This document shows, in pieces, positions 16,601 to 25,978 of a DNA stretch of 50,156 bases; within the stretch, counting starts at the first letter, position 1, and every line of letters begins with the position of its first letter. Position numbers and translations under genes: made by a program. Where the stretch lies: the IMG/VR virus record IMGVR_UViG_3300045988_128743. One strand, 5' to 3'. This DNA comes from a virus. The notes beneath the pieces were generated by a model. It was given only the letters and a program-made list of their open reading frames with translations. It was not told where the DNA came from and ran no database searches.

Positions 16601-18184
16601 ATGGCAAAGAAAAACGACACAAAGATGCGAAAGGTCGGGCTGGAGCTAATGAACTCATGGCGTGCGGATTGGTGCAAGTTCGTCCGTGAGGCTTTCGGGG
16701 TTTGTCTTGACGAGGAACAGCAGGCAATTTTAAGGAGCGTTCAGTTCAACAGGCGTACCTCTGTTGCTTCGGGGACAGCCCGTGGAAAGGATTTCGTTGC
16801 AGCTTGTGCTGCCGTTTCGTTCCTCTACCTTACCCCACGTTGGAGAAAGAACAGCAACGGGGAGATAGACCTTGCAGAGAATACTAAAGTTGCCCTAACA
16901 GGACCGACAGACCGACAGGTAAAGAATATCATGATGCCGGAAGTAAGCCGCCTGTACAACCGGGCAAAGAAACGTGGCATAGAGTTACCGGGGCGATTGA
17001 CTTCCTCTGACATAAGAACCGATTATGCCGAATGGTTTCTGACAGGCTTCAAAGCGGATGACAATAATCACGAGGCTTGGTCTGGCTTCCATGCTGTACA
17101 TACTATGTTTGTCGTAACAGAGGCGACAGGTATCGGGGATGATACATTTGGGGCTATTGAGGGAAACCTGCAGGGAGACAGCCGCATTCTTATTGTGTTC
17201 AACCCCAACACTCCCGTAGGCTATGCTGCCCGTTCCCAAAAGGGCGACAGATGGGCTAAATTCAGCCTTAACAGCCTCACAGCCCCCAATGTGGTACAAA
17301 AGAAGATAATCATACCGGGGCAGGTGGATTATGAGTGGGTCATAGACAAGCTCCAAAACTGGTGTATGCCGATATCCGAAAAGGAGGTACAGACAGAGCT
17401 TGACGATTTTCAGTTTGAGGGGAAATGGTATCGACCGGATGACCTGTTCAGGAAAAAGGTTCTCGGAAAGTTCCCGAAAGTCGCTGATGATGTACTTATA
17501 CCGTTGCAGTGGATAGAGCTTGCACATGACCGATGGATAAAAGCACAGGGCAAAGAACCGATAAACTCTGATATTCGTATGCTCGGTGTCGATGTGGCTG
17601 GTATGGGGCGTGACTGTACCTGTTTCTGTGAACGAAAAGGAATGTGGGTCGCTCCTATCATTACCCATAATTCGGGAGGATCTGCCGACCACATGGGAAT
17701 TGCCGGGCAACTTATAGCTTATCGCAGGAGAAATATCGAAATGTATGTAAGCATAGACACTATCGGTGAGGGCGCAGGAGTTTACAGCCGTTGCGTGGAG
17801 GTTGGAGGAGACAGATACTTTATCAGTTGCAAATACAGCGAAGCAGCCAAAGCCCGGAACGACAAAGACCTGACAGACATAACAGGTCAGCACAAGTTCC
17901 TAAACATGCGAGCGTATCTCTTTTGGTGCGTCCGTGATTGGTTGAACCCAAAGAACAATACCGGAGCCATGCTGCCGCCCGATACACAGTTTGACGAAGA
18001 GGCAACGGAAATACGTTGGTTTTTCCGTTCTGACGGGGAAATACAGATTGAACCGAAAGAGGATATAAAACAGCGTATCGGACGAAGCCCGGACAAATTT
18101 GATGCACTTGCCAACACGTTCTATCCTATACAGAACAGACAGCCGATAGACCTTAACAGGCTTTCAAAAATGATAAGAAGATAA
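16601..18184 (+). CDS. terL: Terminase large subunit
   Basis: 527 aa, sized and positioned before the portal gene. The C-terminal half shows an RNaseH-like nuclease start (LGVDVAGMGRD). Confidence 0.75.
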   Translation: MAKKNDTKMRKVGLELMNSWRADWCKFVREAFGVCLDEEQQAILRSVQFNRRTSVASGTARGKDFVAACAAVSFLYLTPRWRKNSNGEIDLAENTKVALTGPTDRQVKNIMMPEVSRLYNRAKKRGIELPGRLTSSDIRTDYAEWFLTGFKADDNNHEAWSGFHAVHTMFVVTEATGIGDDTFGAIEGNLQGDSRILIVFNPNTPVGYAARSQKGDRWAKFSLNSLTAPNVVQKKIIIPGQVDYEWVIDKLQNWCMPISEKEVQTELDDFQFEGKWYRPDDLFRKKVLGKFPKVADDVLIPLQWIELAHDRWIKAQGKEPINSDIRMLGVDVAGMGRDCTCFCERKGMWVAPIITHNSGGSADHMGIAGQLIAYRRRNIEMYVSIDTIGEGAGVYSRCVEVGGDRYFISCKYSEAAKARNDKDLTDITGQHKFLNMRAYLFWCVRDWLNPKNNTGAMLPPDTQFDEEATEIRWFFRSDGEIQIEPKEDIKQRIGRSPDKFDALANTFYPIQNRQPIDLNRLSKMIRR

Positions 18185-18202
18185 CACTTAAAATTATATC
18201 GT

Positions 18203-19591
18203 ATGACAATCGAGGAATTATTAAAATCGGGAGCTTCAGCGGAAACAATAATCGCCGCCCTAAAAGAAAAATCAATCATCGTTCCTGTATGGTCGGGGCG
18301 TTATGGTCTTGTACAACAGTTTGACCCGACCAAGCACCCGGTAATGAATAAACAGAAATACCCAGATATCGTTAGCGATGAGGGAATCGAGTATGTAACC
18401 CGTATAACCTGCGACCTGCAAAGACTTGCCACAAAGCGTATGACGGAACTTGTTACTGGCATACCTGTAAAACGTGTGTATAAGCCAGAGAACGACCGTC
18501 AAAAGGAGATTGCAAGCTATATCGAAAGTATCTATGAGCGAAACCGCATAGACAGCGTAAACAATGAGCGTTGCAATATGCTGTTTGCCGGATGCGAGGT
18601 TCTGACACTATGGTACGCCATAGATGAACGAAACAACCTATACGGGTTCAACAGTCCATTAAAATTGCGTTGCAGAAACTTCTCCCCCATGTTGGGCGAT
18701 GACCTGTACCCATTGTTTGACGAGTACGGCGATATGATAGCCATGTCGGTGGGTTACACTCGCAAGAAAGGACGAAAAACCGTTCAATACTTCGATACTT
18801 ACACCTCCGAAAAACATATCAAATGGAGCAATGAGAACGGTAGTTGGCAAGAGGTTGAAAACGAAGATATTACTCTCGGAAAGATACCCGGTATTTATAC
18901 GTGGAGACCAACGCCTATTTGGGAAGACACCTCAAAGACCGTGTATGAAATTGAATGGGCATTGAGCCGTAACGGTAACTATCTGCGTCAGAATTCCAAA
19001 CCGCTGTTTGTCGTGTTCGCCGATGAAGCGATAAGCTATGGCGATGAAAAAAGCCCAAATAAAGAGTTCCGCTCTATCATGCAATACCCCAAAGGCTCAA
19101 CGGCACAGTATATAACTTGGCAACAGGCTGTCGAAAATTTGAAATACTATGTTGGAGAACTCCGTAGCCTCTTCTTTACACAACTCCAACTGCCGGATTG
19201 GTCTTATGAGAAAATGTCACAGCAAGCACTTTCCGGGGAAAGCCGCAAGCAGATGTTTATTGATGCACAATTGAAAGTCAAAGATGAAAGCGGACGGCTC
19301 ATTGAATTTTTTGACAGGGAAATGAATGTTATCAAGGCATTTCTTAAAGTCATGCTTGGGGAACAATTCCACAAGGATATTGACGCTTTGAAAGTCGAAA
19401 TGATTATAACCCCGTTTGCCATAACGGATGAAAAAGACACCATAAACAATCTTATGGCTGCAAACGGCGGCGAACCTATCATGTCGCAACGTGAATCCAT
19501 TGAGCTGTTCGGGCATAGCGATGATGTTGATAAGACCCTCAAGGAGATAGCCGAACAAAGGAAGAAAGATATTTTTGAACCAACTGAATAA
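18203..19591 (+). CDS. Portal protein
   Basis: 462 aa, immediately after terL and before the MuF-like head morphogenesis gene. Confidence 0.7.
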   Translation: MTIEELLKSGASAETIIAALKEKSIIVPVWSGRYGLVQQFDPTKHPVMNKQKYPDIVSDEGIEYVTRITCDLQRLATKRMTELVTGIPVKRVYKPENDRQKEIASYIESIYERNRIDSVNNERCNMLFAGCEVLTLWYAIDERNNLYGFNSPLKLRCRNFSPMLGDDLYPLFDEYGDMIAMSVGYTRKKGRKTVQYFDTYTSEKHIKWSNENGSWQEVENEDITLGKIPGIYTWRPTPIWEDTSKTVYEIEWALSRNGNYLRQNSKPLFVVFADEAISYGDEKSPNKEFRSIMQYPKGSTAQYITWQQAVENLKYYVGELRSLFFTQLQLPDWSYEKMSQQALSGESRKQMFIDAQLKVKDESGRLIEFFDREMNVIKAFLKVMLGEQFHKDIDALKVEMIITPFAITDEKDTINNLMAANGGEPIMSQRESIELFGHSDDVDKTLKEIAEQRKKDIFEPTE

Positions 19592-19604
19592 ACTATAAAC
19601 AGCT

Positions 19605-19826
19605 ATGGCAAGACAAACAACACGAAAGCAGCAGAGAGAGCAGCCGAAATATAAATGCCGCCACTGTCAGCACAGCTATGATTGGCACGAGATTGGCGCA
19701 AACGGGAAACCGTTCATGTGCCGATGTCCGTTCTACAAGGAAGGGAAATTCTGTATCTTCCTGTCAGACCCACAATGCGAACACTTTTTGAAACGGGAGG
19801 ACGCAGATCATGCCGAAACTGAATAA
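19605..19826 (+). CDS. Small Cys-rich (Zn-ribbon-like) protein
   Basis: 73 aa with C-x2-C...C-x-C...C...C spacing (CRHCQH...FMCRCPFYKEGKFC...QCEH). Confidence 0.45.
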   Translation: MARQTTRKQQREQPKYKCRHCQHSYDWHEIGANGKPFMCRCPFYKEGKFCIFLSDPQCEHFLKREDADHAETE

Positions 19827-21603
19827 GTACGACAAGGAACACATGGAGAACCTGTCAGCCTATGAGCAAGAGGTTGACAGGTTATACCGTCAGATAATAC
19901 AACAGGCGGCTACAATAGGTATCTCCATTTCGGGCGATTTCAACCCCGACAAGCCTTTTTCTTTTGACGATTACCCAACTATAAAGAAACGTGTCGAAAA
20001 GCTGTTGTCGGCTTTGCAAAGCGGTTTGTCAACAGTCATTCTGAACGGGATAGATGCGGAGTGGACTCTTGCCAATAACAAGAACAGCGAACTGTCCCGT
20101 ATGGTTTTCGGGGATAATATCGGGAAATTGTCAGAGGAACAATACAAACGGTATTTCAGTACAAACGACAACGCCCGTATAGCTTTCAAGGAACGAAAGG
20201 AAAACGGGCTGAACCTTTCCGACAGGGTTTGGCGTTATACGAACCAATTCAAGGACGAGATTGAACTTGCCTTGGATTTAGGCATACGAAGCGGACTTTC
20301 GGCTGATGAAATGACACAGGATTTGCGAGATTACCTGAGATACCCAGACAAGCTGTTCCGGCGTGTACGTGATGAACACGGGCAATTGCAACTATCCAAG
20401 CGAGCAGCAGCTTTCCATCCGGGACAGGGCGTTTATAGAAGTTCGTACAAGAACGCCCGGAGATTGGCTGCTACCGAAACGAACATGGCTTACATGACTG
20501 CCGACTATGAGCGTTGGCAGCAGCTTGATTTTGTCGTTGGGATAGAAATCCGGCTGTCGAATAACCATACGTTAAACGGAGAGCCTTTCGTGGATATTTG
20601 CGATGAACTGAAAGGGCGATATCCCAAAGACTTCAAGTTTACCGGATGGCACCCACATTGCCGCTGTCATGCAATTACGATATTGAAGACAGACGAGGAA
20701 ATAGCGGAGGACACGCAGAAGATACTGAACGGAGAAGAATTGGACGGTAACAGCATAAACCGTGTGGATGATGTCCCTGATAATTTCAAAAAATGGTTGC
20801 AGGATAACGAAGCGAGGGCGAAAAGAAGTTATTCAATGCCGTACTTTATCCGTGATAATGAAAAATACCTGCCGGGCAACTACAAGAACCTCTATGCGAT
20901 GAAGAAACCATACGACACTTACGAGGAGTATGAGGATGCTATGAGGTACAACAGGAGATACGCTGGTTTTTCCGCTGATATAGCTCGTAACAACAGGGAG
21001 TTATCAGATGTGCTGCCTGTCATGCAAGGTAAGATAATGAACTTCACGGAAGCGGACGGAAGCAGATGCAATCCGAATTTTACGATTGAAAATGCGGAGG
21101 GTTTGGGTTATCAACACAACTGCCAAACCTGTACAATGACATACGAGTTAAGGCGTAGAGGTTTCAATGTAGAGGCAAAGCCAAGCCCTCTTGTAAAAAA
21201 GGTTATGAGAGAGTTTGATTTATTCGCAGCTTCAAAAGGAGCTAATTGGACTTTGCGTTTCCTAAACTCTGATGGAACACCTGTAAAATACAAATATTCC
21301 GGGTATGACATTCCTAAAGATACAATCGCATCCAAAAACGCATATATCCAAAATGAAACAAAGCAACAAGGACGATATGAAGTATATTGTGCTTGGAAAG
21401 GCAAAAACGCAGGAGCACACGTGTTTATTGTAGAAAGACAGAAAAACGGCGAACTGCTATGGTTTGACCCACAGTCTGGTCGCCGGGGAGGAGCATTCAA
21501 AGATTATTTACAACGAATGTCAAAACTCAAAATAAGCATACTTCGGATAGATGATAAATTGATAAATCCGCTATTTGCAGAAAGATTAATCAAAGCTATT
21601 TAA
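19810..21603 (+). CDS. MuF/SPP1-gp7-like head morphogenesis protein with C-terminal papain-fold toxin-like domain
   Basis: 597 aa. It has the gp7/MuF motif GWHPHCRCH. The C-terminal roughly 200 aa carry a Cys (HNCQTC), a His (GAHVFIVE) and an Asp (LWFDPQSG) in papain/transglutaminase-like order. Confidence 0.7.
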   Translation: MPKLNKYDKEHMENLSAYEQEVDRLYRQIIQQAATIGISISGDFNPDKPFSFDDYPTIKKRVEKLLSALQSGLSTVILNGIDAEWTLANNKNSELSRMVFGDNIGKLSEEQYKRYFSTNDNARIAFKERKENGLNLSDRVWRYTNQFKDEIELALDLGIRSGLSADEMTQDLRDYLRYPDKLFRRVRDEHGQLQLSKRAAAFHPGQGVYRSSYKNARRLAATETNMAYMTADYERWQQLDFVVGIEIRLSNNHTLNGEPFVDICDELKGRYPKDFKFTGWHPHCRCHAITILKTDEEIAEDTQKILNGEELDGNSINRVDDVPDNFKKWLQDNEARAKRSYSMPYFIRDNEKYLPGNYKNLYAMKKPYDTYEEYEDAMRYNRRYAGFSADIARNNRELSDVLPVMQGKIMNFTEADGSRCNPNFTIENAEGLGYQHNCQTCTMTYELRRRGFNVEAKPSPLVKKVMREFDLFAASKGANWTLRFLNSDGTPVKYKYSGYDIPKDTIASKNAYIQNETKQQGRYEVYCAWKGKNAGAHVFIVERQKNGELLWFDPQSGRRGGAFKDYLQRMSKLKISILRIDDKLINPLFAERLIKAI

Positions 21604-21810
21604 TATCTTCAAGCTATCTGTACCAGATACCAATTTAGCTACCCCTTGCTCGAACAGGATGCAACATGGCAATCCTGTCGGGCAAGGAAATTCATCATCA
21701 GTCTTAACACCAACACTATAAACATCAGCATTGTCATACTTTCCAAGATAGTCAATGCTATCGTAGCCATTTTCTACGGCTGTATCAGTTACAATTTTCG
21801 GTATATCCAT
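21586..21810 (-). CDS. Small acidic protein, immunity candidate for the MuF toxin-like domain
   Basis: 74 aa, convergent with the MuF gene with an 18-bp 3' overlap. It has its own minus-strand TATATTTG box at 21939-21946 and a conserved pre-ATG element. Confidence 0.4.
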   Translation of the reverse strand: MDIPKIVTDTAVENGYDSIDYLGKYDNADVYSVGVKTDDEFPCPTGLPCCILFEQGVAKLVSGTDSLKILNSFD

Positions 21811-21840
21811 CGTCAGTTATTTTTATCAGATTTCGCCGTA
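21811..21840 (-). repeat. Conserved pre-ATG element copy d (minus strand: TACGGCGAAATCTGATAAAAATAACTGACG)
   Basis: Sits directly 5' of ATG 21810 on the minus strand. Confidence 0.65.
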
Positions 21841-21938
21841 AAACGGTCTTCTATCTGTTTTCGTTAATACTATTGTCTCAAAAATTATCGCCCGGCATTC
21901 AGCCCCATTCAAAGCCAAACAGTTATCAAGGCTTGTGG

Positions 21939-21946
21939 CAAATATA
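21939..21946 (-). promoter_or_regulatory. -7 box TATATTTG (minus strand)
   Basis: The plus strand reads caaatata. It lies about 130 nt upstream of the minus-strand ATG at 21810. Confidence 0.45.
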
Positions 21947-22090
21947 CGGATAAATAGTCTGTTTACAAAACAGTATTTAATTCGGGATGTCTGCATTTTT
22001 GTGATTATAAAACAATCGCAAACACCCCGAATTTGCCGCTTTTTAGCCCCGACAAGCGTTTTTCTTTCAAAGAACGTATATTTTATTATC

Positions 22091-22120
22091 CAAGCAAAAG
22101 AAAAGCCTTATACGGGCTTT
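22091..22120 (-). terminator. Rho-independent terminator (minus strand) overlapping the stop of 22108-22353
   Basis: Minus strand: aaagcc-cgtata-aggcttt followed by tcttttgc. Confidence 0.5.
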
Positions 22121-22353
22121 ATTTGCGTTTTCCTCTTGACTTCTTCTTTCGTGATTGTACACTTGCGCCCATTGTACGGCTTCCCGTCAGATACTCCGAT
22201 GTTCCAAAGCCGGGCAACCTTGCAGCCGACCTGTCCCGGCGTAAACTGCTCATAAATTGCGGCAAGGCTCGAAAAGAAAAAGTCCGTGCGGTCATCGTCC
22301 TGTATTGGCGGCTCTTTGAACTGAACCCGGTAAATCCAATTTCTATACCCCAT
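22108..22353 (-). CDS. Small hypothetical protein of the accessory island
   Basis: 81 aa, overlapping the upstream gene by 11 nt. Confidence 0.5.
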   Translation of the reverse strand: MGYRNWIYRVQFKEPPIQDDDRTDFFFSSLAAIYEQFTPGQVGCKVARLWNIGVSDGKPYNGRKCTITKEEVKRKTQIKPV

Positions 22354-22915
22354 GATTATTAGCCTCCAACTGTTTACGGTAAGTGTTATTGCTCATAGCC
22401 TCCTGTATCTTCCAAGCCTTCCAAATGCGCTCCATATCCTCCGGCGTAAGGTCTTCCCTTTTCCGGCTTCCGCTTCTCTCATCATCAAAGTACAAATTAT
22501 GTTTCCCGATATAAGCCGACATAAAAGAGCGTTTGAAATCATCAAATTCACGCTTATAGTTAGCTTTGTGCCAATTGAACAGGCTTGAAATATCTGCATA
22601 CTGCAGTGCTGTAAGTTCAATACGGATAGCTGAACGTGTCGGCTGTGTGTATGTCATACCCGATATGTCGCAAACAGAACAAAGACATCGGATAAAAAGG
22701 TTCATCATTTCCTTGTTCCTCCCGATTTCAAATGTGTATGCATGTTTGGTTTCAATATCCAGCACCTCTTCTAACTTAACTCCGTACTGTTGGCAAATAC
22801 GCTCAATCGCTCTCCGGGCATTGTTTGCCTCGCCTTGACATCCTCTTTCGGCAAGAGCTTGAAGCTTTTGGAGCTTGCTTTTAAGGCTCTCGAACTGTTC
22901 ATTGTCATGTGTCAT
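22343..22915 (-). CDS. DUF2786-like protein
   Basis: 190 aa. The N-terminus KLQKLQALAERGCQGEANNARRAIERICQQYGV fits the DUF2786 helical motif (K-x-x-K-L-L-A-L-A...E-A...A). Confidence 0.5.
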   Translation of the reverse strand: MTHDNEQFESLKSKLQKLQALAERGCQGEANNARRAIERICQQYGVKLEEVLDIETKHAYTFEIGRNKEMMNLFIRCLCSVCDISGMTYTQPTRSAIRIELTALQYADISSLFNWHKANYKREFDDFKRSFMSAYIGKHNLYFDDERSGSRKREDLTPEDMERIWKAWKIQEAMSNNTYRKQLEANNHGV

Positions 22916-23139
22916 AACTTATCCTCCTCGCATTTTCGGTTTACAACTGCTTCCCCATGTAGGGAAAACTCTATGTCCTTGATGACATCCAAGGCTTCGG
23001 GCTGAACCTCGACCTTGGAAAGTATGGCGGCAATATTCTTTTCGACTATCGCCTCTGACTCTTGGCGGCTATGCGCCTGTACTGTTACCTGCCCGTTAAA
23101 TACGAGCTTTGCTCTGATTTTGAAATTCTTTTTTGCCAT
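22912..23139 (-). CDS. Small hypothetical protein
   Basis: 75 aa with a 4-nt overlap onto the downstream gene. A conserved pre-ATG element abuts its ATG. Confidence 0.5.
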   Translation of the reverse strand: MAKKNFKIRAKLVFNGQVTVQAHSRQESEAIVEKNIAAILSKVEVQPEALDVIKDIEFSLHGEAVVNRKCEEDKL

Positions 23140-23167
23140 AGTTATTTTTGATTTACGCCCCTATGTG
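23140..23167 (-). repeat. Conserved pre-ATG element copy f (minus strand: CACATAGGGGCGTAAATCAAAAATAACT)
   Basis: Abuts ATG 23139 on the minus strand. Confidence 0.65.
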
Positions 23168-23390
23168 GGTCAGGCGTTACTTCCCCCAAGGAAAAACAGG
23201 GTATATACGCCTGTCCCGATAGGGACTTTTGACGAGATTACGTCAGTAATCTTATTCTATTTTCTCCTATTCTCTACTCTCCTTTCGCGCGCGCCTGTAC
23301 GGGTTTATTGGTAGAAAACTGCTTGAAATTTTGGTTTTCTTCGAGAAAAACAGGGTTTTCTACATTGGAAACTCATTTTTACCCTAAAAC

Positions 23391-23870
23391 CTATATTCTT
23401 TTTATTCGTTGGGCAACATCATCGCCCCAATATCGGCGAATAATCTTAATCGCTTCCAAATCTCCGTCCCAAGAAAACATACACTCGTGATTATTATACT
23501 CATAGAAGTAAACCTCCTGTGGGTCGCACTCTTTCGGTATGGCAGCGAGGTTATCATCATAAAAACGGAAGAAACCTTCTAAACCCTCTTTCGTCCCAAA
23601 CGCTCCAGTTCCTTTATCCTGTAAAACTTTGTCCCCATCCTTGATATGCCCGAGTTCCACAAGGTGTCTATACCCCTCCGAAAACTGTTTATTGCTAAAA
23701 GCAAAGAACACCCCGTATTTATCAGCATCGGGGTGCGTGTCCTTGATTTGGCGATAACGATTAATCGTTTGGTCGTTTAGCATAACCACACCGCCCTCAT
23801 AATTATCCCAATCACGGTAATAACTTAACTCTCCTTTTGTGGTCTTAATCGTTTGAATTTCGTGTGCCAT
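23391..23870 (-). CDS. Hypothetical protein
   Basis: 159-aa ORF in the minus-strand island. Confidence 0.55.
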   Translation of the reverse strand: MAHEIQTIKTTKGELSYYRDWDNYEGGVVMLNDQTINRYRQIKDTHPDADKYGVFFAFSNKQFSEGYRHLVELGHIKDGDKVLQDKGTGAFGTKEGLEGFFRFYDDNLAAIPKECDPQEVYFYEYNNHECMFSWDGDLEAIKIIRRYWGDDVAQRIKRI

Positions 23871-23885
23871 TGTCTGATGTATTGG

Positions 23886-24188
23886 TTACAAAGTGAAAAC
23901 TATGTATCTAACCCCGTAGCTGTTCCTGTCGTAGGAAACATGGAAACCCTCTGAACGGGCGAAATCAATCGCCGCCTGTTCGTCTGCCATACGGATTGTA
24001 TTTCCGCAACCCTTGATGTCCGTCTTACTGATATGACGGTCACAAATGAAACAGGCTCTGCCGCTTCCTTTTATCCTTTCGCTTATCTTATTGATGAACT
24101 CCTCCTTTGTGAATGGGGCGTTCTGAATCATTTCCATACGCAATCTTTCTGCTACTGTCATAGTCTTATCATTGATTATGCCCGGCAA
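23886..24188 (-). CDS. Hypothetical protein
   Basis: 100-aa ORF in the minus-strand island. Confidence 0.5.
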   Translation of the reverse strand: MPGIINDKTMTVAERLRMEMIQNAPFTKEEFINKISERIKGSGRACFICDRHISKTDIKGCGNTIRMADEQAAIDFARSEGFHVSYDRNSYGVRYIVFTL

Positions 24189-24225
24189 ATAAACCGTTTT
24201 GCGGCTGTCTGCCGGGCGATTGTTA

Positions 24226-25368
24226 TTACTCTTTTACTCTCTTAACTCTGTTCATCAATTGCCCCGAAATTTCGTGAAGTTCACGGCTTCTTTCCGGTGT
24301 TAGTTCCCTTGCGTGTGCCGTTATAGCCTGTGTCAGCTTCCAAAGAGTTGCGCCGCCCTGTACGCCATCCTCCGGGTCATTACGCATGAGGATTTTTTCA
24401 ACTTCCTTGCTCTCTGTTTTAAGGAGGCTTCCGTTCTTGGTAAGGTTTTTCAGCTCATGCTCGAAATCAACATCAATTTCGCTCGCCCCTTGTATCTCAA
24501 TGGCTTTCTGCATGAGGTTGTCCTTACTGAATAATCCCTTTGTCAAATCCCTAACAGCTGAAACGGTTGTCTTTGTATCAAGTTCGTAGGTCTTTTGAGA
24601 TAACTGAAGGTTGTCCGGGAGCTTTGAACCGAGGTGTACCTGTTTCATAACGCTTTCGCGAACCATACCATTAAGGCAAGCCCCGTTCAAGAGGAAAGCC
24701 CTCATGTCAACAGCCCCGTCCCCATAGTCTGATGTACTGAATCTTGCCCCGGCGAAAATAACAACATCGCCATTCTTGGCTGTCGGTATCGTGATAGGTG
24801 TCGGCAGTATCGTTTCAGCCCATACCTTGGTGTCATTCATGTATGCGTCCGATATAACCGCTCCTTGGTGCGCTGCCTCTTGAACAAAAGCCGTAAGTAT
24901 TTCAACGCTGTTCAAACGGCGGTAGCTGTCGGATAAAACACCCCTTACCTGTTCCCCTACGGTTCTGATAAGTACACGGCTTCTATCAGTCCAATCGCTG
25001 TGCTGGTTCAACAAATGAGCCGCCAGCGCAACCGCCCAAGGCTCTCCCGATGCAAGACCCCTCAAGTATCTTTGAGGTATGCCCATACGGTCAGCAAGCT
25101 GCCCTATGGCGTTATCGTGAAGCGAGAACTTACCGTCCGGCATATTTAACGATAATCGCTGTTCGCCGTCAAAAGTGATAACCGGGCGATGGTCTTTCGC
25201 TTTGAGATTTACACCTATCGGGGCGATATAGTCCTGCGCTATCTTGCCCTCATGTACGAGGCGTTCCATTGTTTCTTTAACTCCAACGGCTTTCCCGTTA
25301 ATCATTCTCTGAACTTTGTTCATAACTACTTCGTTCAATCCCTGCTGTAATTCGGTTGTCTGTACCAT
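24226..25368 (-). CDS. DUF932-like phage/plasmid protein
   Basis: 380 aa. The segments QLADRMGIPQRYLRGL, VRGVLSDSYRRLNSVEIL and FAGARFSTSDYGDGAVDMRAFLLNGACLNGMV fit the DUF932 pattern as I recall it. Confidence 0.55.
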   Translation of the reverse strand: MVQTTELQQGLNEVVMNKVQRMINGKAVGVKETMERLVHEGKIAQDYIAPIGVNLKAKDHRPVITFDGEQRLSLNMPDGKFSLHDNAIGQLADRMGIPQRYLRGLASGEPWAVALAAHLLNQHSDWTDRSRVLIRTVGEQVRGVLSDSYRRLNSVEILTAFVQEAAHQGAVISDAYMNDTKVWAETILPTPITIPTAKNGDVVIFAGARFSTSDYGDGAVDMRAFLLNGACLNGMVRESVMKQVHLGSKLPDNLQLSQKTYELDTKTTVSAVRDLTKGLFSKDNLMQKAIEIQGASEIDVDFEHELKNLTKNGSLLKTESKEVEKILMRNDPEDGVQGGATLWKLTQAITAHARELTPERSRELHEISGQLMNRVKRVKE

Positions 25369-25523
25369 AATCGTAAAATTTTAATTGGTTATTAAATTGT
25401 TAAATCTGTCAAATATTCCATTGCCTCCGCATACAGGGCTTCAGCTGTAAGGTTGTCCGAGCTTGGCTCGAAACCTGCGAGATATGCTCCCTCAATAATT
25501 TGTGTCATAATACTGTCCTCCTG

Positions 25524-25763
25524 TTATTTAGCGTAAAAACTGAATTTCAAACCTCTGCGCAGCTTACATACACAAACATCCTCGGCTGTGTTGAAAGCTC
25601 TTGTTAAGAACTTGTTCAACAGTTCAATGCCTATCAGTGCGATAGCTCCCGAAACGCCAACCAGCTTGTTAATCTTATTACCGTTTGCGTCAACTCCGGC
25701 AACCTTTATACGGAAGTTTCGGTTAATCTCTTTTGTGCTGTATGTTAAGCTATTCTTGTTCAT
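25524..25763 (-). CDS. Small hypothetical protein (first gene of the minus-strand island)
   Basis: 79 aa from the internal ATG at 25763; the track ORF extends to 25814, across the promoter box. Confidence 0.45.
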   Translation of the reverse strand: MNKNSLTYSTKEINRNFRIKVAGVDANGNKINKLVGVSGAIALIGIELLNKFLTRAFNTAEDVCVCKLRRGLKFSFYAK

Positions 25764-25811
25764 ATTACTGTTATTTTGAGGTTTCAAACTGTTTGTTTTA
25801 TAATCACTTTG

Positions 25812-25819
25812 CAAATATA
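25812..25819 (-). promoter_or_regulatory. -7 box TATATTTG (minus strand), island promoter candidate
   Basis: The plus strand reads caaatata. It is 49 nt upstream of ATG 25763 on the minus strand. Confidence 0.5.
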
Positions 25820-25978
25820 AGTGAAGTATTTTGGTAATAACAAACTTTTACGGATGAATTTTTAACTGAATAGTGAATTATTTTATGATAAAATATCTTT
25901 ATCAGCAAATACAACTGATTGTCAGCGGTATAAACAAAATCACTGAAAAAACAAAATTTTGAAGCAATTTTATGAGTA

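Noticed and set aside
16985-17893. 302-aa minus-strand ORF
   Set aside because: It lies entirely antisense within terL. This is a typical shadow ORF.
21935-22362. Plus-strand ORFs of 106 and 109 aa
   Set aside because: They run through the minus-strand promoter/terminator spacer and antisense to 22108-22353. Their translations are low in complexity and rich in Phe, Leu and Ile.
25392-25508. 38-codon minus-strand ORF preceded by AGGAGG
   Set aside because: It is too short to support without comparative or expression data, and Shine-Dalgarno pairing is not a reliable signal in Bacteroidales.
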